From: Bdellovibrionota bacterium FG-1
Lineage (GTDB): Bacteria > Bdellovibrionota > UBA1018
Assembly (NCBI GenBank): GCA_051382295.1
Contig: JBBCAW010000147.1
Coordinates: 1 to 32,775 of the forward strand
Reading direction: 5' to 3'
DNA: 32,775 nucleotides
Part shown: positions 25,618 through 32,775 of the stretch, piece by piece
Numbering within the stretch: position 1 is the first letter of the stretch
Layout: each line of letters starts with the position of its first letter
Notes under the pieces: generated by a model
Database searches by the model: none
Told to the model about the DNA's origin: nothing
Seen by the model: the letters and a program-made list of their open reading frames with translations, nothing else
Made by a program: the position numbers and the translations under genes

Positions 25618-27770
25618 AGACGAACCCCCAGGCGGCGGCACCCCTCCATGATATGCTTTTCTTCAAAGCGACTGGTCACGAGGATACTTTGTGGGCCCAG
25701 CTTTAACGCCTCGATCAAATCGAGTCCCGTTTGCTTGTGGCCAAGAAGTTCAAAATCGGCAAGGTACAGAGCAGTCTTGGCGGCTGGGGATTCAGTCACC
25801 CACTTGGTCAATTCATCGGGCGTTGAGAAATGCATTACGTCGATCCCTTTTTCCGCCACACCTAGTGAATCAAAGCGCCCCTGCCATATACCGTGAATCG
25901 AAGAGTCGTCATCGAGCACGACCACAGGGATCTGAGGCGTGAGAATTAACTCAGATACAAACCATTCAGGAGCCTTTGCTTGCGGCAAGGTAATGATCAC
26001 AGTGGTACCCTTGCCAACTTCTGAAGCTAGCTGGAGCTTACCGCCCCAACTCTCAACCGATGTTCTGGCATGGTAAAGCCCGAGCCCTGACCCGCCTTGT
26101 TTGCCATGAGTCTCGCCCCGCTGTCCTAGCTTGGCCAATATTTCTGCGGGAATACCTTTGCCGTTGTCGGTAATACGAATTTCAATTTGGTCGCTCTTGG
26201 TTGCGAGCGTGATGGTCACGGTACCCTTATCGCCCAATACCTCCACTGCGTTATTGACTAGATTCGAGAGCACTCTCTTAAATTCCGTGGGTTGGATTTT
26301 AGCAAATAAGCCGTAGGACGATGTGTTCACGCGCCCGTCAATCTCGATGCCGATCTTGGACCTGAACTGCATCCGCTTTTCAGTGATAAGGGGTTCCACG
26401 AGGCTAGAGAGAAGTTGAACCATGGGGACTTCGGCAGACGTGGATACCTCCTCGCCAGCGCCTCTGGGGCCGAATTTGAGTTCACGATTTTTCTCTATCA
26501 GGTTATTGGCAATGTCCTTTATTCGGTTAATGGCAGCACGAACAAGGATACGGTCATCTTCAGGCAGAACCGTGGTGTGCCCAATAACGTTATCGAGTGC
26601 AGCCAAAGGAGAACGAATGTCGTGGGCGACTTGGGACGAAATTTGACCCATCGCTCTGTGTCGCTCTCGATCCAACTCATTTTTTTGACTCTCGGCAAGC
26701 CTGCCTATCATTTTATTAAAATTCTCGGCGAGTCTTGTAAACTCATGAGATCCTTTAACCAAGATCCTTGCACTCAGGTCATTGGATTCCATCACCTTCC
26801 CAACGCCCAGATTAATGACGTTCAACTCCCTGACCAAGAGCCTTGAAAGCAGAGCAGCCGCACCCCCGCTGACGAAAAAAAGGATCAAAACAAGCAGAAT
26901 CAACCCTTTCCTCATGCCCGCGAGATCATCCAAAAATGGTTGAAGCGACACCTCTGTCCGTAATGCATAAAAATAGTCACCCGAGACACTGCTGACCTTC
27001 TTGAATCTGCATTCACAGCAATTTTTTGTGCCAGCCGGGATCAACGTATTCACCGTGACCCCGGTGCCAGATACTTTTACCGATTCCTGAGAGATTTCCG
27101 CAGAATCCATCACGCGTCCGTGAGTGAGTTTTCCATCTGCAGAAATAGACCCGAGTTCAAATCCGCTAGGCGAAAAAAAGCCGATGGACCGTATATTTTT
27201 ATCGGATTTTACGACCTCAAAAAGCGTGTCAGCAATAAATCTCATATGGTAACCGACCTCGAGTACACGGGTGCGGTTATGATTGGGAATCATCGTAAAC
27301 TTATAGGGTCCAGTATACGACCCTAGTTCGCTTGGAATAATGGGAGTCTGCTGAATCAGTGTGTTCCCCGTAATGAGCTGGCGATAGTCTTCACAAAAGT
27401 CAAAAAGTTTGTATTTTACATCCTCAACCCGTAAGTCGGTGTGCCTGATAAATCGTCCGGTCTCATCGGTAATATAAAAATGGGACACGTTGAGATCTCT
27501 CGCCAACTTTTTCAGCTCCTCGGTGGTCGGTAGCCCCTTGAGTTTATCGACTTGAAACAGGACTGAGGCCGCATTTGCGCTGACTTTATCAACGGTAGAG
27601 TCCATTTCGCGAAAGGTCGCGGCGATCACGTGACTTAAAGTTTGATATCAAGAAACGTATTGATCACGTAAATGAATAGAAATAGCCCGCTCGGCCACAA
27701 AGGAGCCCAAAAGCAGCAAAACGATGAGCGGCACAAACAATGCCAAAAAAAGCCTATTTATAAAACTCAT
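25587..27770 (-). pseudogene. Sensor histidine kinase (TM-periplasmic-TM-HAMP-HisKA-HATPase-degenerate REC) with in-frame TGA at codon 41
   Basis: AGGTGA SD + ATG 27770 and TM1 in frame with the 680-aa ORF; TGA 27650-27648; AHDIRSPL, NLVNNA, DNGKG, GSGLGL, VLDDD. Confidence 0.8.
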
Positions 27771-28051
27771 TCACCTATCCTCTGATCATAATAAAGCATC
27801 GAAACAGTCCAATGATATGAAAAAATTGAGGAAAATTCCGATTGGTCTGCTAGGAGTAGACGCTCCCTCATTGTGACCGGCGACCCCAAACAGCTCTCCG
27901 CGTAGACAAACGAGCCCGAACTCTGGGATGCCACCTCCTCTCGCGCTGAGTGTGAAGTCAAAAAACCGTCACCCTGTATCAAAAAGTCAAATATCGCCCG
28001 GTATCTCCCCGTTTTTCTTGAGTTCTCACCCCCAAATACCGTTACGTTATC

Positions 28052-30841
28052 ATGGGCTTGAATCCTGCGACCCGGCCTGGCCGGTTCGCCGTTATTCTCA
28101 TTTCTGCGTTCCTTTTGCTGAGCCCCTTCGTCGGGAATGCGCAACCGACGTCGAGTTGTATTTTTTCGAGCAGCGCGGACCTTGAAAAGGAACTGACCGA
28201 ATTTCGCACTGAATTCATGCAGCTTCAAAAACCCTCCGGTTTTATGGATCGCGCTGTGGCCGCACTCAGTGGTTGTAGCAGATTCATCGAGCAACAAATC
28301 AGTCAGCGCTTGGCGACGGCTCAGCAGACGCTGCCGAAGGTTCACTTTCCCTTATCCGATGAAGATTGCGAACATTGGGTTGCGCTTCAGGACCGAACTC
28401 GCGCCTGGATCAAAAATCTGCGGCAAATTCGCAAAGGAGGTTGGTCATCCAAAAACCCTGGGGTCTGTCGGGGACTTCCGCTCAATGCAGAATATCGCTA
28501 TCACTGCAAAACCGAACCTCTCAGTCCGCTGACGAGTTTTCAGGAAAGTGAACTCGCTCAGGCCGAAGAGGCGGTAGCCGTTTTTGATGATGGCTCGACT
28601 TCGTCAACGACAAATCCTTTGCCGCCTAAAACCGTACCTGCCGTAGAAAAGGCCAAGCCCCAGCCCAAAGATCCGATCGCGGAAATGTCTCGGGCCATTG
28701 ATGCTCGAATGACAAAGCCTCCGAATCTTGAACCCAATATTCCGGCTAGGGTCCGCACTGAAGTTCAGCTCGTTCAAGAGGCGCGGGCCGATCTGAAAAA
28801 TTTTAAAACCAATGGAAAAGTTCCAGATCACCCGGCCGAGTTTGCTATCGACGCCGAAGTGCGCGGACATAACCAGCGACTTGCCCAGGATCAGGCCAAG
28901 GGGAAACGGCTTAAGGAACGATTTATTACCCAAAAAGAGGTAGCGCAGTTCAAAAAGGACTGGGCGCAAATGGTTCAGAAATACGGCGAATTTCTCAAGA
29001 CCGTTCCGGGCACCCCAGGAAAGCCCGCGTCCAATGATGAGAAAATTGGGGCTTTGGGGGATCTTTTTTTTGCAGATTATCTTAGACCCTACGTCATCGA
29101 AAACTCGGGTATTTTTCAAGTCATCAAAAAGCTCGGTGGAAATTGCCATGCCAAGGCTAGAAGTTTTTACGCCTTGGTTAAGCAGCTGGGTTTGGAGCCG
29201 GATGACGGCAAAAAATATGGTTTTTTCTATGTGAATGGGGAGCATCAGGAACTGGTGGTCTATTCGCCGCCGGCACCTGGCCAAAAGGTTCAAAAGATTT
29301 GGAAACCTTTGCGAGGCAAAACTTCCTCGACGGAGGACGGCACTCTTTTTTCTGAAATGTTCTTTTACCAAGCCTATCTCAATAAAAGGGGACCCGTTTC
29401 ACAAAAGACGAATGAAAAATTCTGGATCGGAGGCCATCACGAAGGGACTCCGTCACGCCATCCCATCGACCCCAAGTCCATGAGCTGGCACTCCGAGTTT
29501 CAATCGCCGATTCCGCCGGATGACTTGAATGTTCCCACCCCCTACTCACCTCCTTATGGGACCGAGTCACCCCCGGGTAAGGCGATCGCGGAGGAAGATC
29601 CGGCACGGCAAAAAGCTCCGGACGAAGCTGAGCAGGATTTTGATCGCCCTGCGAACTATTTGCCTCCAAGTGATCCAAGGAGGCTTATAGCTGATCCTAG
29701 GACTGAGGGAATTCAACGTCGAATCAATTTAGGATTTTCCTGGAGCTACCTGGATGGCAAAGAAGGTTTTGTCTTTGATAAAAAGCAGGACCTGGTTGTG
29801 TATCAATCTTTATCCGGCAAGGGAAAACAAGAGTTTCTCCTTAAGCGGTATGAAGAAAGGCTACAGCAATTGGTAGAATCTGACCCGTATAAGCAAATGA
29901 TTCGATCACTTGGAAATCCGCTCAAAATCGATCGGCTCTCAGCGAGTCAAAGAACTGAAATCTTTCAAACTCTCGACGTCGTTCGCAGCATGATCGTGGA
30001 TTTTACAGACATCAGGGATCTGCCACTGGTTGCTTCTAATAAGGCCGCCATTACCCAAGCCTGGATTGAAAAATACCCACAAATCAAAGACTATCTTCAA
30101 TTGGGCGAGGCTTTTGGAGAGGCAGTTAAGAAGGATCCCAAGAGCCTACTTCGGTATATGAATCAAAATGAGCAAGTGCGTAAGGCTATTTATAAAATTG
30201 GCGACGACCGAATCCAGGGAGCACTTAATTTAAATGCCACCGGTAAAAATGTGATTTCTGAGAGCGCTCTGAATTTTATGGCGCCCGTTTATGACCTCTT
30301 GATGGATCCTAAAATAGTGGGGATTAAAGAAGGCACCCTGTTAGATCCAAAGAAAAATTTACCTCCCACTCAAGCACAGACTCGTCACCCAGAAAGAAAA
30401 TCGCCTGAGGCGAAACCCGGGATGGCTTCACCCATGAAAGCCGAAATCCAACTTGAGCCGCAACGTTATTTTCAGCTTATTTTCGTGAGCCTGGGAAACG
30501 ATTCTGCTCGTCGGAAAACCTGGACCTCTGAAATGAGCAAAAGCTATCTTGCCTTCAGGGGGAGTGATCGAATATTCGATACGACCTTCTTTGCTGTTTT
30601 TTCAGGAATGGTCAACTTCGATGGTGGAACGCCGCTGACTTTTCTCTCTCCCGAAAAAGAGCCAATTCCGAGGCACATTGCTGAAGTGTTGCTGTCCATC
30701 GTTGATTCCGAACTTCAAGATCGATCCTCCGAGTATCCAATTTTTCAATTCGAAGCGCGCCAGTGGGGTGGACTTGAAGGTTACGCCAACTATCTGCGCA
30801 AAGAATTGGGCGCCACAAATCCTACTTCAACTCCCCGCTGA
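28052..30841 (+). CDS. Large secreted protein with central transglutaminase-like motif
   Basis: 929 aa, signal peptide GNA-Q, Cys-containing N-domain, Pro-rich linkers, GGNCHAKA and GEHQELVVY. Confidence 0.7.
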   Translation: MGLNPATRPGRFAVILISAFLLLSPFVGNAQPTSSCIFSSSADLEKELTEFRTEFMQLQKPSGFMDRAVAALSGCSRFIEQQISQRLATAQQTLPKVHFPLSDEDCEHWVALQDRTRAWIKNLRQIRKGGWSSKNPGVCRGLPLNAEYRYHCKTEPLSPLTSFQESELAQAEEAVAVFDDGSTSSTTNPLPPKTVPAVEKAKPQPKDPIAEMSRAIDARMTKPPNLEPNIPARVRTEVQLVQEARADLKNFKTNGKVPDHPAEFAIDAEVRGHNQRLAQDQAKGKRLKERFITQKEVAQFKKDWAQMVQKYGEFLKTVPGTPGKPASNDEKIGALGDLFFADYLRPYVIENSGIFQVIKKLGGNCHAKARSFYALVKQLGLEPDDGKKYGFFYVNGEHQELVVYSPPAPGQKVQKIWKPLRGKTSSTEDGTLFSEMFFYQAYLNKRGPVSQKTNEKFWIGGHHEGTPSRHPIDPKSMSWHSEFQSPIPPDDLNVPTPYSPPYGTESPPGKAIAEEDPARQKAPDEAEQDFDRPANYLPPSDPRRLIADPRTEGIQRRINLGFSWSYLDGKEGFVFDKKQDLVVYQSLSGKGKQEFLLKRYEERLQQLVESDPYKQMIRSLGNPLKIDRLSASQRTEIFQTLDVVRSMIVDFTDIRDLPLVASNKAAITQAWIEKYPQIKDYLQLGEAFGEAVKKDPKSLLRYMNQNEQVRKAIYKIGDDRIQGALNLNATGKNVISESALNFMAPVYDLLMDPKIVGIKEGTLLDPKKNLPPTQAQTRHPERKSPEAKPGMASPMKAEIQLEPQRYFQLIFVSLGNDSARRKTWTSEMSKSYLAFRGSDRIFDTTFFAVFSGMVNFDGGTPLTFLSPEKEPIPRHIAEVLLSIVDSELQDRSSEYPIFQFEARQWGGLEGYANYLRKELGATNPTSTPR

Positions 30842-31823
30842 TCGGATAACCCATGATGGCGAGGTCATCCATCGGAAAGGTGTCATCGCTGAACCGACGA
30901 GGTGCTGGCGGAGGGGATGGGCGGGCCACCCGCGTGACTTTGGATCGCGCGAGTTCCATCGACATTTGGGAGAGGCGCGCTTCCGCATCGGCGAGGCGAT
31001 CGCGGGTTTCGGCGAGTTCCCGGATAGTCTGGGTGTCCTGCGTCTCACGGACTTTAAAGAACTTCTGCCTTTCCGCTAGTTCGCGGTTGGCTTCGGTGAG
31101 GTCACGAACTTTATGCTTGAGCTCTTCAAGATGCTGAGTACTCGTCTCCGAGTTCTGCTTGATTCGTTCAGCGTCAATCCAGCGATCTTTGTACTGATGG
31201 GTTTCATTTTGGGTCCGACGAAGATTGTCTTTAAGCGCCGTGATCGTGTCTTGATAAGCTTTTTCTTGAGACCGTTGGCTCATGAGCAGTGCTTGGTATT
31301 TATGCTCTCGCTCCAGCGCATCTGCTTGCGCTCTTTCTAAGTCGCTTTGGGAGCGGGCAAAATCAGGCCGAATTTGACCCAAGGCCTGTTCCAGGCTTTG
31401 ATTCGTTTGTCGGAGGTGATCCACGGTCGCCTTGGCGACTTGAAGCTCGATTTGTGCTTTTTTAAGGCCATCATCCGTATTCGACCGTTGCGACGCCATC
31501 GCTTGTTGCAGCTTTTGCGCATGAGCTTGAGCTTGCTGGAGCCGGGCCTGGGAAGCCTGAAAGTGGGATCTTAGTTCTTCGTAGCATTCAGCGTAGTGTT
31601 TGAGCTGTTGCTGAGCCTGCGCGGTCTCGCGGGCGTGACGGGATTGGAGCGCGATCAAATCATTTTTGAGGCGAGAGGCGAGCGCGCGCTCGCGCACCTG
31701 GGTTGCCTCCACTTGCCGAAAAGCCTGAAAAAGTGCGTCGATCTCGGGGTTTTCGTTCGAGAGGTCTGATGTGCCGCCCGCCAAGGTGGGCAGTGAAAAA
31801 ATTCGGCCACGGGGCTCCGTCAT
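30822..31823 (-). CDS. Coiled-coil protein
   Basis: About 270 aa of Q/E/A/L/R heptads, short non-helical head, Pro-rich tail; ATGA-coupled to upstream gene. Confidence 0.8.
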   Translation of the reverse strand: MTEPRGRIFSLPTLAGGTSDLSNENPEIDALFQAFRQVEATQVRERALASRLKNDLIALQSRHARETAQAQQQLKHYAECYEELRSHFQASQARLQQAQAHAQKLQQAMASQRSNTDDGLKKAQIELQVAKATVDHLRQTNQSLEQALGQIRPDFARSQSDLERAQADALEREHKYQALLMSQRSQEKAYQDTITALKDNLRRTQNETHQYKDRWIDAERIKQNSETSTQHLEELKHKVRDLTEANRELAERQKFFKVRETQDTQTIRELAETRDRLADAEARLSQMSMELARSKVTRVARPSPPPAPRRFSDDTFPMDDLAIMGYPISGELK

Positions 31824-32497
31824 GGTGCGTTCTCCGAAACTAGTTCAACTTTGTCGTAGTGAACCCACGCCGTTTTTCCGCCATTTTCATCCAACGAAAC
31901 CATGAACCAACGGCCGCGCCATTCCAGAACCGGGTATTCGACGTCCACTTTGGCAGAGCCAATGAGCGGAAATTCCTGACCGGGGCCCGAGCGGAGTTCG
32001 AGGTTTCGCATTCCCTCGCGAGCATGCAAGTAAAGGGGGGGCTCCCCGGGAGCTGGAATGGATCGGGTCGGGGCCATCGCAGCAGAATGAATAGTGTCTG
32101 AGGTGGGGCGGGGTTTTTGCGGAACTAGGGGCGCTGGGGCGGGTTTTGAGTGAGGAGGCGCTAGGCTTTTAAAAGTGAGTGGAAAGCCAATCGCCAGCGC
32201 AAAGACGATCGTTCCCAAAGTCGTGGCAATGGCCCCTAAAAATGGGTTTCGGCGGGGGGGTAAAGGGCGTCGTCGTGGGGGCAATTCTGGCAATGGGGCT
32301 GGCAATGTATTTGGCAATGATTGAGGTTTTGGGCCTGGTTCAAAGCGCACCGTCTGACCACTCTTTTTTTCGATCATCGCGTAACCGCGACATTTCGCGC
32401 AACGCGCGAGTTTCCATCCCGGACGCGGTTCGGGCGCGGGAGTTTGTGAGTCAGCCGAGGCGAGAGCTATTTTGCAGTGAGGGCAGGTCCACTCCAT
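31820..32497 (-). CDS. Zinc-ribbon / Pro-rich / TM / bacterial SH3 protein
   Basis: CPHC..CAKC, single TM, LRSGPGQEFPLIG..YPVLE..GRWFMV..AWVH; TTGACT-N17-CACTCT-N7-ATG. Confidence 0.8.
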   Translation of the reverse strand: MEWTCPHCKIALASADSQTPAPEPRPGWKLARCAKCRGYAMIEKKSGQTVRFEPGPKPQSLPNTLPAPLPELPPRRRPLPPRRNPFLGAIATTLGTIVFALAIGFPLTFKSLAPPHSKPAPAPLVPQKPRPTSDTIHSAAMAPTRSIPAPGEPPLYLHAREGMRNLELRSGPGQEFPLIGSAKVDVEYPVLEWRGRWFMVSLDENGGKTAWVHYDKVELVSENAP

Positions 32498-32554
32498 TGG
32501 TTTTAGAGTGACAAACTGCGTGGGGACAGTCAATGGGCAGGAATTTCCAGGGGG

Positions 32555-32773
32555 TTACCATCCCGCCACCTTCTTGATATTGGCAGTCGTCGTCGAGGTT
32601 TTGTCGGGTCCACCGGCTGCGGCCGCGCCGGCCGACACAAAGCCCGTGATGGAATCTGAGCCAGCGGCGACTCCCTCGGCAAACATCCGTTCATTGGTTT
32701 CGACCAAATTGACCAACCCGTCATTTGCCATCGTTTTCATGCGGTTGAGAATCTTGCGCTCAATGCCTATATA
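32555..32773 (-). CDS. 3' end of a hypothetical protein (5'-truncated by window)
   Basis: Frame open to the window edge (YIGIERKILNRMKTMANDG...KKVAGW*). Confidence 0.55.
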   Translation of the reverse strand, partial: YIGIERKILNRMKTMANDGLVNLVETNERMFAEGVAAGSDSITGFVSAGAAAAGGPDKTSTTTANIKKVAGW

Positions 32774-32775
32774 GG

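Noticed and set aside
25618..25896. C-terminal part of the 266-aa AAA ORF as a novel domain
   Set aside because: It is the antisense of the kinase receiver domain beyond the junction
27648..27650. Selenocysteine or alternative genetic code for the in-frame TGA
   Set aside because: TGA terminates feoA, feoB and others; no convincing SECIS; neighbours are also decayed
24243..27669. GATCACGT at 24243, 27624 and 27662 as target-site duplication
   Set aside because: Two copies lie inside the continuous kinase frame; an 8-mer can recur by chance
1..32775. CRISPR array, tRNA, rRNA, IS or integrase
   Set aside because: No spaced repeats, cloverleaf, rRNA-like sequence or recombinase motifs seen by eye

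Overview
Bacterial chromosomal window; the gene content (TIGR02147/DUF4423 gene, TPR response regulator, 'GGGGD' secreted protein, HK with degenerate receiver) suggests a Bdellovibrionota/Oligoflexia-like organism, which is an inference. 1-21.3 kb: SmtB/ArsR-feoA-feoB-small Cys protein operon, exbBD/tolQR-like pair, lipoprotein, REC-TPR regulator, sucA-sucB-lpdA, three GT-C-like membrane proteins (two DUF2079-like, head to head), a secreted papain-like candidate and a PafA-type alkaline phosphatase. 21.3-30.8 kb is accessory and partly decayed: secreted protein divergent from a TIGR02147 gene with a hidden 23-aa ORF between them, a TumE(DUF6516)-type toxin-antitoxin pair with operator, ssrA-like degron and a convergent promoter, two pseudogenes (AAA ATPase, histidine kinase) apparently fused by a deletion, and a 929-aa secreted transglutaminase-like protein. 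The window ends with a Zn-ribbon/TM/SH3 plus coiled-coil operon. About nine start codons lie 36-39 nt after a -35-like hexamer without an SD, suggesting widespread leaderless mRNAs. No tRNA, rRNA, CRISPR, integrase or transposase was seen. All family calls are by motif recognition, not database search.
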